64,000 nt of DNA from Nitrospirota bacterium (GTDB lineage: Bacteria; Nitrospirota; Thermodesulfovibrionia; Thermodesulfovibrionales; Dissulfurispiraceae): contig JBBITU010000001.1 of the NCBI GenBank assembly GCA_037440605.1, positions 9,016 through 73,015 of the forward strand. Reading direction: 5' to 3'. Shown here in pieces: positions 28,008 through 36,071 of this stretch (position 1 is its first letter; each line of letters starts with the position of its first letter). The notes beneath the pieces were generated by a model. That model was not told the origin of the DNA. It was given only the letters and a program-made list of their open reading frames with translations, and ran no database searches. The position numbers and the translations under genes are program-made.

Positions 28008-29249
28008 ATGAAAGAAAAAATAAAAGTCCTATTCTTCATCTCCTCCCTCGAAGGCGGAGGCGCTGAAAGGGTTATGGTCAATATTCTCAGTCATATTGAC
28101 AAAAGCAGGATTGAACCAACTCTCTCTCTATTATACCCTTATGAAAAATCCCCTTATAAAGCATTCTTGCCGGAAGAACTAAAGGTCATTGTTGTAGAAA
28201 GGAAGTCTGACAGTTTTTTTGCGAAGCTCTGGCAGCTTGTGAATTTTATCAAAACCGTTTACAGGGAGAAGCCTAATTTAATATTAAGCATGTTAACCCA
28301 CAATAACATTATGGCGCTTCTGGCAAAGAAGTTTGTCAGGACAAAGGTGATTGTCAGCGAGCATAACACTCTTGGGGAAACGATTAAGATAAAAGGCGGT
28401 AAAGAAATATTAGGTATCCCGGTAAAGCCTATGGTAAAGCTCCTCTACCCACATGCAGATATAATTATAGCTGTTTCTGAAGGAATAAAGAATAATTTAG
28501 TTGAAGAATTTCGTCTTCCAGCAAATAAAGTAAAGGTTATATATAACCCGATAGACTTAAAATATATAACTGAATTGAGCAGTATGCCCTTGAATCATCC
28601 ATTCTGGGTTTCACATCCCAAAAATACAGGTATTGTCAATAAAGATATGGAGCGTTCTTTTTTGTCTTCACAGTCTGCAAGGGTTAACCCACAGCCTGTA
28701 TCTAAACACCATATCCCGATTGTTATAGCCGTAGGCAGACTGGCTAAACAAAAAAGATTTGACATTCTTATAGAGGCATTCAGCAATGTGCTTAGTGAAA
28801 TTGATGCAAGGCTGGTCATATTGGGAGATGGAAATAAGGGAGAATTGCTCAAAAAACTGGTTGAAGACAAAGACATAGCGGGCAAGGTATCCTTTGCCGG
28901 ATTTCAGAAAAATCCCTACAATTTTTTATCTGCTTCTGATATCTTTGTTCTTTCATCGGATTATGAAGGACTGCCTATGGTGCTGCTTGAGGCAATGGCA
29001 TGCGCCACGCCTGTTATTGCAACCGACTGCAAATCAGGTCCACGGGAGATACTGAATAATGGAATGTATGGCATTCTCGTCCCAACAGGTGATGTTACTG
29101 CCATTTCAGAGGCTATAATTAACCTTCTCAAAGATAAACCATTAAGAGATAGACTTGGAAGCTTGGGGATGGAAAGGGCAGCCGATTTTTCGGCAGATAG
29201 AATCATCAGGCAATATGAAGAGATGATTTATGAATCCATTGTTGAATAA
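28008..29249 (+). CDS. family 4 glycosyltransferase (GT-B, Glycos_transf_1)
   Basis: KVLFFISSLEGGGAERV N-terminus and C-terminal SDYEGLPMVLLEAMACATPVIATD (E-x7-E region). It carries an extra ~35-aa segment before the GRL motif. Confidence 0.85.
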   Translation: MKEKIKVLFFISSLEGGGAERVMVNILSHIDKSRIEPTLSLLYPYEKSPYKAFLPEELKVIVVERKSDSFFAKLWQLVNFIKTVYREKPNLILSMLTHNNIMALLAKKFVRTKVIVSEHNTLGETIKIKGGKEILGIPVKPMVKLLYPHADIIIAVSEGIKNNLVEEFRLPANKVKVIYNPIDLKYITELSSMPLNHPFWVSHPKNTGIVNKDMERSFLSSQSARVNPQPVSKHHIPIVIAVGRLAKQKRFDILIEAFSNVLSEIDARLVILGDGNKGELLKKLVEDKDIAGKVSFAGFQKNPYNFLSASDIFVLSSDYEGLPMVLLEAMACATPVIATDCKSGPREILNNGMYGILVPTGDVTAISEAIINLLKDKPLRDRLGSLGMERAADFSADRIIRQYEEMIYESIVE

Positions 29250-29714
29250 ATTGGAGGGTAGTGAACTGCCCCTTGTTTCTATAATAATTCCTGCCTATAA
29301 CAGCGGACCATTCATTTTATAAAAGTTTTAATAAAAGTTCGGGCTATAAGGATGGTGTTGATGGATGGATTACAAACAAGATTATATCAGGTTCGATCTT
29401 TTGTGGGGGGAGTTCATTTGCTTTTAGAAAAGATGTTATAAATAAAGTCTATCCTGTCCCTGAAGATATTAGAAAAGGGATTAGATAGTGTCTGTTTATA
29501 AACTCTCATTGGGATAAAAGGCTGTCATTCCCGCGAAGGCGGGAATCCAGTTTTTTTCAAGCCTTTCTGGACGCCCGACTAATGACTTCGGGCATGGCAA
29601 TAATGAAAACATTTAGTTTATAAACAGACTCTAGATATAGATAAACTTATTGCACTCAGAGATAGCTGCGGTAATAAGGGTATAGATCTCTATAAAGAGG
29701 CTGAAAGACGATTA
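29230..29714 (+). pseudogene. decayed family 2 glycosyltransferase gene (internal deletion, premature stop, repeat insertion)
   Basis: The frame from the ATG at 29230 reads MNPLLNKLEGSELPLVSIIIPAYNSGPFIL-stop. A second fragment reads ...GSIFCGGSSFAFRKDVINKVYPVPEDI and runs into the family B repeat at 29486. A short tail follows at 29635..29714. Confidence 0.7.
29486..29634. repeat. family B element (core with ATTCCC-N8-GGGAAT hairpin)
   Basis: TAGTGTCTGTTTATAAACTCTCATTGGGATAAAAGGCTGTCATTCCCGCGAAGGCGGGAATCCAG ... TTAGTTTATAAACAGACTCTA. Confidence 0.85.
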
Positions 29715-30821
29715 ATGAAAATCCTCCAGCTCATATATGAAAGTTTTGAGAGCCCCTTCGGGTTCGGCGGGGCAGGGGTGCGGGCTTATGAGATTTATAA
29801 AAGATTAAAAGAAAGACATGACATTACCCTGCTTTGCATGAAATATCCGGGAGCAAGAGACGGTGAAATTGAGGGATTGAAACATATATTCGTTGGCGCT
29901 GATAGCAAAAACCTCACAAAAAGCGTTCTGGCTTATACAACTAAGGCAGCGGCTTTTGTCAGAAAGCAGGGCAATGATTTTGATATCATAGTAGAGAACT
30001 TTCTGCCTTCCACTCCTTTTTTTTCAAAATTTCTCTCAAAAACCCCTGTCATTTTGCAGGTTCAGGGGGTAATGGAAAAACATTCATTAAAAAAGTTTAA
30101 CCTGTTTTATTCAATTCCAATGTATCTCACCGAAAGTTTTTATCCTAAACTCTATGACAGATTCATCTTTGTATCACCCATTACAAAAGAAAAGGTAACT
30201 GCCAGTATTAAAAAAAAGAAAATACAGTCTCATGTAATACCAAACGGCATTAACAGGGAACTCCTAAGAGCTGCCCCCTATGATGGGGATTATATTCTTT
30301 TTTTTAGCAGGATAGATATTTATACAAAAGGACTTGATATTCTCATTGAGGCATTTACAAGGATAGCCTCTCAATATCCCGAAATAAGATTAATCCTTGC
30401 CGGATATGAATTCGACCGATTTGATGCACTTATATCAAATTGCCCTTCTTCTGTAAAGGATAGAATTCAATATGCAGGTTTTGTAACTGGAGAAGAAAAG
30501 GTGAGTCTATTATCAGGCGCCAAGTTAGTTGTCCTGCCCTCGCGCCATGAATCTTCACCCATAAGCATTCTTGAAGCTGCCGCCTGCGGTAAGACTGTTT
30601 TAGTAAGCGATATACCAGAAATGAGTTTTGTTCAAGAAAACGGTTTTGGATTGAGCTTTCCATCCGGTTCAGCAGATGGGCTGAGAGAAAAAATATTATT
30701 TCTGCTAAGTGATGACGAAAAAAGGAAGGTTATGGGTGAACAGGGAAAGCAGTTCTCCGCCAAGTTTTTATGGGATAATATTGCCATAAAATTTGAGAAT
30801 GTGTTAAAAAATATAATATAG
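29715..30821 (+). CDS. family 4 glycosyltransferase (GT-B)
   Basis: 368 aa. C-terminal PSRHESSPISILEAAACGKTVLVSD motif. Confidence 0.8.
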   Translation: MKILQLIYESFESPFGFGGAGVRAYEIYKRLKERHDITLLCMKYPGARDGEIEGLKHIFVGADSKNLTKSVLAYTTKAAAFVRKQGNDFDIIVENFLPSTPFFSKFLSKTPVILQVQGVMEKHSLKKFNLFYSIPMYLTESFYPKLYDRFIFVSPITKEKVTASIKKKKIQSHVIPNGINRELLRAAPYDGDYILFFSRIDIYTKGLDILIEAFTRIASQYPEIRLILAGYEFDRFDALISNCPSSVKDRIQYAGFVTGEEKVSLLSGAKLVVLPSRHESSPISILEAAACGKTVLVSDIPEMSFVQENGFGLSFPSGSADGLREKILFLLSDDEKRKVMGEQGKQFSAKFLWDNIAIKFENVLKNII

Positions 30822-31035
30822 TTTTGCAAAAATATAGTGAAGATCCCTGCAGTAAGGCTGCATGGTATCATGGCATCTAAAGATTAAAACAACTTAAGTT
30901 TCTGCTGTCATGCCGGCTTGTCCGGCCCCCTTCTTAGAAGATAGATTCCCGACAAGCTGAGATGGCAGGGCATACACAAAACTTTTGACGATGTGTTGTG
31001 TATGATAATAATTCTGCCAAAGGAACAACGCTACA

Positions 31036-33333
31036 GTGGGAAAGAAACAGCCTGTTAAACATGACAAAGAGAAGATTTCTTTTGTTGGTCGCATAGGCGG
31101 CAAGCCCCTTATAATCTTTTTTCTAGCCTCCGCAGCAATCCTGACCTTTATTGCCTATCTCAGGTCACTTAATGGTCCGCTCGTATTAGATGATGCTCTC
31201 TATATAAAACCTTCTGAACTGGACGACATCTGGCGAAACCTCAAATTGAAGATCCGATCTGTCTCAGTTTTTTCATTTTCATTGAACTATAATATTTCTG
31301 GAATGAATCTTGCCGGGTTTAGGATTACAAACATCATCCTGCACATTCTTTCTGCCGGACTGGCTTTTTATCTAACCTATATAACATTAACCCTGCCTTC
31401 CATTAAAGAAAGATACAAAACCCTTAATGACAGGGAAATACCACTTTATGCAGCGCTTTTTGTTGCAGTTCTCTTTGCTTTGCATCCCATACAGACCTCA
31501 GCGGTGAATTATATCACTCAAAGGATGGCAATAATGGCATCCATGTTCTCCTTTGCCGGATTAATCTTATACATTAGGGGATCACTAAACACAGGAAAAA
31601 AATCTATACTTTTTTATCTTTTCTCATCGGTCTCTTTTATACTTGCCATCTTTTCCAAGGAGAACGCAGTAATGGCAATTATCATGCTTCCTGTGTATGA
31701 TTTTATCTTTCTCTCCTCTTTGCAATGGAAAGAATTCAAAAAAAGGTTTATCCCACTCTGCGTTATTTTTGGAGCATCGGCTTTATTAGCAGCATCTGCC
31801 ATGAACGTAATGCCATTTCTAAGTCAAATAATTAAACTCGTCTTAAACCCTAATATGCCTATGGAGTGGTATGGCTGGTCAGGCAGGGACATTGACTGGA
31901 CCCCTATCGAATACTTCCTCACAGAGTTAAGGATAGTCTCAAGGTATATATTTATAATCCTTGTGCCTTTGCCTTCCTTGATGGTCTTTGATTATTCAAG
32001 TGCATTTCCTGTATCCAAGGGCCTTTTTGATCCTTTAACTACATTGTTTTCTCTATTATTTCTTTTATCAGCAATGTTTTTTTCGCTGAGGTATATTAAA
32101 AAGGCTCCACTTATCTCTTTTGGCATATTATGGTATCTTGTAACAATTTCACTTGAAAGCTTTGTCGCCCTCGGGTTAGACCCATATTTTGAGCATAGAA
32201 ACTATCTGCCGGCTTTCGGGCTTTTTTTTGCATCTGCTTCCCTGCTCATTAATGTTGATAAAATCCGTGTAGGATTAAGGAAAGAAGCGATTATTGCCTT
32301 CGCCGCCATCTTATTATTTGCTCTTACATTTGTGCGTAATGGAGTATGGGCGGATGATGAAATTCTCTGGAAGGACACCCTTGAGAAATCACCCAATAAT
32401 ACTAGAGCAATGATTGCATTAAGCAGCATCAATATCATGGAAAAGAGATTTCATGAAGCAGGGGAATATCTAAAAAGAGCGCAGGCAGCCTCGCCATCCC
32501 CTATAATCATGCCTAATATTCTATTTAATCAGGCTTCTATCTATAGGCAGACTAACAGGCGTCAGGAGTCGCTTGATATACTTAAGCAATTGGACGAAGA
32601 GAAAGCCTTTCCAAAAGGAGAAACCCGCAGTTTGGTAAGTTACCTTATAGGCGAAATTTTATGTGAACAAGGCGATTTTATTCAGGCAAGGAAATATTTT
32701 AAAAAGGCTTACCGGTGGATGCCCCAAATAGCAGATAATATTATCAACCTTGGACTCGCAAGCAGATCTCGCGGCGAGCTTGATGCGGCTGAAGGCTATT
32801 TCAAGAATGCTGTTGCAATAGCTCCTGAAAAGATTATCCCCTATGTGCAATTAGGAGAAATATATCTCGCGAAAAATGCTATATACAAGGCAGAGGAAAA
32901 ATATCAGGAGGCTATCGCAAAAAAACCGGCAGATGCAGATATCCAAAGAAGAGCATTATTCGGCATGGCTCAGATAAAATTGATAAAGGGAGATGCTGGT
33001 GAAGCAAAAAAACTTTTTCAGGAAGTCATCAAAATTACCCCTGCCTTTTATCCGCCGTATATTTTTTTAGGAAGGATACTTTTAGAAGAAAATGAACCGA
33101 AACAAGCGCTTTATCATCTTGAAAAGGCGCTTTCATTTAAAGCTTCTTTTAAAAAAAATGAACCTAACACGAAACTTTTATATTTTTATCTGGCTAATGC
33201 ATATCTCGCAATAGGAGATAACAAGTTAGCGAGGGAAAATTTGAGTATTTTTATCTCTCTGTATGAGGGAGATAAAAGGCTCGAAAAACAATATGAAAGG
33301 GCAAAGAAGGCATTGGCAAAAATCAAAGAATGA
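31036..33333 (+). CDS. GT-C-fold membrane glycosyltransferase (PMT/ArnT/TMTC-like) fused to C-terminal TPR repeats
   Basis: About 440 aa with 10 or more TM segments. First-loop acidic motif GPLVLDDALYIKPSE. About 320 aa of TPR repeats follow (repeated A..Y..A...P pattern). Confidence 0.7.
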   Translation: MGKKQPVKHDKEKISFVGRIGGKPLIIFFLASAAILTFIAYLRSLNGPLVLDDALYIKPSELDDIWRNLKLKIRSVSVFSFSLNYNISGMNLAGFRITNIILHILSAGLAFYLTYITLTLPSIKERYKTLNDREIPLYAALFVAVLFALHPIQTSAVNYITQRMAIMASMFSFAGLILYIRGSLNTGKKSILFYLFSSVSFILAIFSKENAVMAIIMLPVYDFIFLSSLQWKEFKKRFIPLCVIFGASALLAASAMNVMPFLSQIIKLVLNPNMPMEWYGWSGRDIDWTPIEYFLTELRIVSRYIFIILVPLPSLMVFDYSSAFPVSKGLFDPLTTLFSLLFLLSAMFFSLRYIKKAPLISFGILWYLVTISLESFVALGLDPYFEHRNYLPAFGLFFASASLLINVDKIRVGLRKEAIIAFAAILLFALTFVRNGVWADDEILWKDTLEKSPNNTRAMIALSSINIMEKRFHEAGEYLKRAQAASPSPIIMPNILFNQASIYRQTNRRQESLDILKQLDEEKAFPKGETRSLVSYLIGEILCEQGDFIQARKYFKKAYRWMPQIADNIINLGLASRSRGELDAAEGYFKNAVAIAPEKIIPYVQLGEIYLAKNAIYKAEEKYQEAIAKKPADADIQRRALFGMAQIKLIKGDAGEAKKLFQEVIKITPAFYPPYIFLGRILLEENEPKQALYHLEKALSFKASFKKNEPNTKLLYFYLANAYLAIGDNKLARENLSIFISLYEGDKRLEKQYERAKKALAKIKE

Positions 33334-33375
33334 TTGTCCAATAAGGGTGAAGCTAACTTTAGCTTAGCATTATTT

Positions 33376-33470
33376 ATTAACCCAGAAAATGCAATTAGCC
33401 TATTAAAACATAGCTGCCGTGAGAGATGCTAAACCCAAACAGTGCAATTGAAATTCTCTTTAGCAGGTAC
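33376..33470. repeat. two tandem 5-prime fragments of family A
   Basis: ATTAACCCAGAAAATGCAATTAGCC... and GCTAAACCCAAACAGTGCAATTGAAATTCTCTTTAGCAGG. Confidence 0.6.
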
Positions 33471-33500
33471 CGGTAGTGAATAGAAAAATCTCATTGTAAA

Positions 33501-33645
33501 CTAAATAGAGTCTGTTTATAAACTCTAAAATACCCCTCACCCTTACCCTCTCCCGCAAGGGGAGAGGGTTGTTAAATATGCCCCTCCCTTGACGGGAGGG
33601 GTTGGGGGAGGGTGAATAATCGTAATTTATAAACAGACACTATTT
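33501..33645. repeat. family B element (G-rich double-hairpin core)
   Basis: CTAAATAGAGTCTGTTTATAAAC ... AATTTATAAACAGACACTATTT. Confidence 0.85.
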
Positions 33646-33774
33646 AGAGTCCGTTTATAAACTCGTTTTTTGTCACCCTGAGCCTGTCGAAGGGTGATGT
33701 AAATCCTTGTTTTTGCGTCATGGTTCGACAAGCTCACCATGACAATTAGGCATTTATAAACAGACACTAAATAG
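33641..33774. repeat. family B element (GTCACCCTGAGCCTGTCGAAGGGT core), abutting the previous copy
   Basis: TATTTAGAGTCCGTTTATAAACTCG ... CATTTATAAACAGACACTAAATAG. Confidence 0.85.
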
Positions 33775-33850
33775 ATGCGCAAATGAGGATAGGCATGGAA
33801 AAAAATACACATGCTGAAGAATATAATACACACAGCAGCCTATGCGCTGC

Positions 33851-33995
33851 TATTTAGTGTCTGTTTATAAACTATAAAATCCCCCTCACCCTTGCCCTCT
33901 CCCGCAAGGGGAGAGGGTTGTTAAATATGCCCCTCCCTTGACGGGAGGGGTTGGGGGAGGGTGAATAATCGTAATTTATAAACAGACACTATTTA
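33851..33995. repeat. family B element (G-rich core), near-duplicate of 33501..33645
   Basis: TATTTAGTGTCTGTTTATAAACTATAAAATCCCCCTCACCC ... AATTTATAAACAGACACTATTT. Confidence 0.85.
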
Positions 33996-34135
33996 GAGTC
34001 CGTTTATAAACTCTCATTGTTATTGAAGGCTGTCATTCCCGCGAAAGCGGGAATCCAATTCCTTATGTCTGGATGCCCGACTAAGGACCCCCGACTACAA
34101 ACTTCGAGGGCAGGCTTCGGGCATCACAAAAAACA
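33991..34135. repeat. family B element lacking a right terminus (ATTCCC-N8-GGGAAT core)
   Basis: TATTTAGAGTCCGTTTATAAACTCTCATTGTTATTGAAGGCTGTCATTCCCGCGAAAGCGGGAATCC...CTTCGGGCAT. Confidence 0.7.
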
Positions 34136-34292
34136 AAATGAGACTTAATAGAAAGCATAAAATGCCGGGGAATCAGAAATTGGCTTGTTTTTTGCTAAGA
34201 GATTAAATCTTATGAAAGATTATGTGATGTTTAAGTTATCTTCTTATAAGTCGGGGTTTATCCCGAACTGTAAGGCAAGGATTCCTCTATTT

Positions 34293-34330
34293 GTTCGTAA
34301 TGGCAATAGTGAGAGGTTCGTAATGGCAAT
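34293..34330 (+). promoter_or_regulatory. 15-bp direct repeat GTTCGTAATGGCAAT x2 (23-bp period), candidate regulator binding site
   Basis: Exact copies at 34293..34307 and 34316..34330, about 60-95 bp upstream of the first -35 box. Confidence 0.3.
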
Positions 34331-34387
34331 TTCAGAGCACATTTGTATAGAAAAATAGATCAACTCAGGGTTAGGTTAAAAAAAACC

Positions 34388-34416
34388 TTGACAATGAATG
34401 CATTAGTGCTTATAAT
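34388..34416 (+). promoter_or_regulatory. consensus sigma-70 promoter (TTGACA-17-TATAAT)
   Basis: TTGACA at 34388..34393, 17-nt spacer, TATAAT at 34411..34416. Confidence 0.65.
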
Positions 34417-34488
34417 TTTTAATATAATCATACGAGGATTAATCCAGTAATTTCTTGCAAAGATAATAGAATGAACTTAAAAAAAGTC

Positions 34489-34517
34489 TTGACAAAGGCA
34501 GGTCGTTTATTTACAAT
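34489..34517 (+). promoter_or_regulatory. near-consensus sigma-70 promoter (TTGACA-17-TACAAT)
   Basis: TTGACA at 34489..34494, 17-nt spacer, TACAAT at 34512..34517. This leaves a leader of about 190 nt. Confidence 0.65.
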
Positions 34518-34713
34518 TATTGCAATAGACGAATGATAAGCGGTTTACCAGCAGCTATCATTAACGGCTGCCGTATGGCACACAATGATTTTTTGATAAA
34601 AAGGAGGTGATTAGGCAAAGAAGGGAGGGATTATTCAGGTTTTTCCGTTTTTGTCCGTTCTTAGCCATTGGCTAAGTTAAGACCAAGCAGTTAATTTAAA
34701 AGGAGGTTCGAAA

Positions 34714-35688
34714 GTGAAGTTTAAGAATTTATTAGTGATTGTAGCAATGATTAGCGTATTATTTTTGAGCATCGGCACATCCCATGCTGTTCCGGGTGTT
34801 GCTGATTATGTGCCCGGCACAGATTCGGTCGTAATCTTCATGTGCGAAGATACCGCTGCCGATCTGGATCCAGTTGTGCCGACCGGGACAATGAATACCC
34901 TGTGGGCAATTGCAGAGACAACAGGTATTAGTGCTGCCGCATCCACATTCATCTTTAACACCAAGAGTGAATTTGTACTCGATGATAGAGCAGGTTGGAC
35001 GCCTCTTGATGTAGTCGTTGACGATTGCCAGAGTATGATTGCCGGTTTGTCACAGGCTAACAGGACGGCGCTCCGCCATACAGTAACAATGAATGGTGTG
35101 GCAAAGACCGTATTTGCCGGCTATGTAGTTTACTTCAACGATGTGTTATCTGACCAGTTTATTTCATGGCAGTATATGGTAGATATGCCTAATGGCTTCT
35201 CCGCAGGCTTCAATGGCTTCTCTGCTGAAGGCGGCGTAGACTTCACCAGTGCTTTCCCGTTTACAGCGAGCAACCTTGCTGAGAACCTTGGATTAGATCC
35301 TGTTAACGCTTTAGAGCTTTATCCAAGATGGTTCTTATTAAACACCAACGCCAACACCTTCAACTGGTGGATAATCCTGAAGGGCGGACCTTCCGTTACC
35401 TCAGGCCACGTCCTCAGCGGCATTGTTTGTGATGAAGCAGAGAATTGCAGGTCAATAGCAATTCCTATACCTCTTAACCTAAACATCATTGATGTAAAAC
35501 CGAATATCCCTGCGGCGCTAAAAGCTAGCTACCCTGCCGGCGGATTCGGCTTATTCGATGTGATCGTCCCCTCCAATCGCAGCATACTCGGCTGGTCATA
35601 CCAGAGAGCAGCAACAAATGCTATAGCAACAAACTGGGATGTAATTCATCCGATGCATAGATGGGGTCCAATTCCAGTACCACAATAA
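34714..35688 (+). CDS. secreted protein of unknown family (paralog 1; candidate major surface-structure protein)
   Basis: GTG start 7 nt after an AGGAGG RBS. Sec signal peptide MKFKNLLVIVAMISVLFLSIGTSHA|VPG. No motif I recognise. It aligns in blocks with 40624..41631. Confidence 0.8.
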   Translation: MKFKNLLVIVAMISVLFLSIGTSHAVPGVADYVPGTDSVVIFMCEDTAADLDPVVPTGTMNTLWAIAETTGISAAASTFIFNTKSEFVLDDRAGWTPLDVVVDDCQSMIAGLSQANRTALRHTVTMNGVAKTVFAGYVVYFNDVLSDQFISWQYMVDMPNGFSAGFNGFSAEGGVDFTSAFPFTASNLAENLGLDPVNALELYPRWFLLNTNANTFNWWIILKGGPSVTSGHVLSGIVCDEAENCRSIAIPIPLNLNIIDVKPNIPAALKASYPAGGFGLFDVIVPSNRSILGWSYQRAATNAIATNWDVIHPMHRWGPIPVPQ

Positions 35689-35713
35689 ATTGATCTCATT
35701 ATGAGAGTTTTAA

Positions 35714-35744
35714 AAAGGGATGGGCTTGCCCATCCCTTTTTTTA
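35714..35744 (+). terminator. rho-independent terminator
   Basis: GGGATGGG-CTTG-CCCATCCC followed by TTTTTTT. Confidence 0.8.
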
Positions 35745-35765
35745 GTTACTTAAGGAGGCTTGTTA

Positions 35766-36071
35766 ATGAAGATTTTTATTATTGCAATCTGTTATATCTT
35801 TTTCACATTTGGCTCCATTTACGCAGATGCCCCGCAGGAGGTTGTCCTTGGGGTGATAAAGCATGTAAATTGTAAAGACGGGGAAGTTACCCTGACCACA
35901 AGATCAGGCGATGTCCTTTTTTATATTGGTAAAGATGCAGCTTATAATACAGCGCAAGGCTGCGAGGATATAAAAGAAGGTTATATAGCAGTGCTTAAAT
36001 ACAAAAATGAGGACGGCAAAAAAACCGCTTCATTAATAAAGATTAAAATTCCGGGAGAGGTAAAAAAATGA
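35766..36071 (+). CDS. small exported protein, unknown function
   Basis: An AAGGAGG RBS lies 7 nt upstream of the ATG at 35766. Signal peptide MKIFIIAICYIFFTFGSIYA|DAP. About 80-aa mature protein. Confidence 0.65.
   Translation: MKIFIIAICYIFFTFGSIYADAPQEVVLGVIKHVNCKDGEVTLTTRSGDVLFYIGKDAAYNTAQGCEDIKEGYIAVLKYKNEDGKKTASLIKIKIPGEVKK

Noticed and set aside
33501-34135. A possible CRISPR array, because of regularly spaced repeats at 33.5-34.1 kb and also at 51.8-52.2 kb.
   Set aside because: The repeated units are inverted terminal palindromes that bracket conserved, themselves repeated cores. There are no unique spacers of uniform length, and no cas genes are present in the window.
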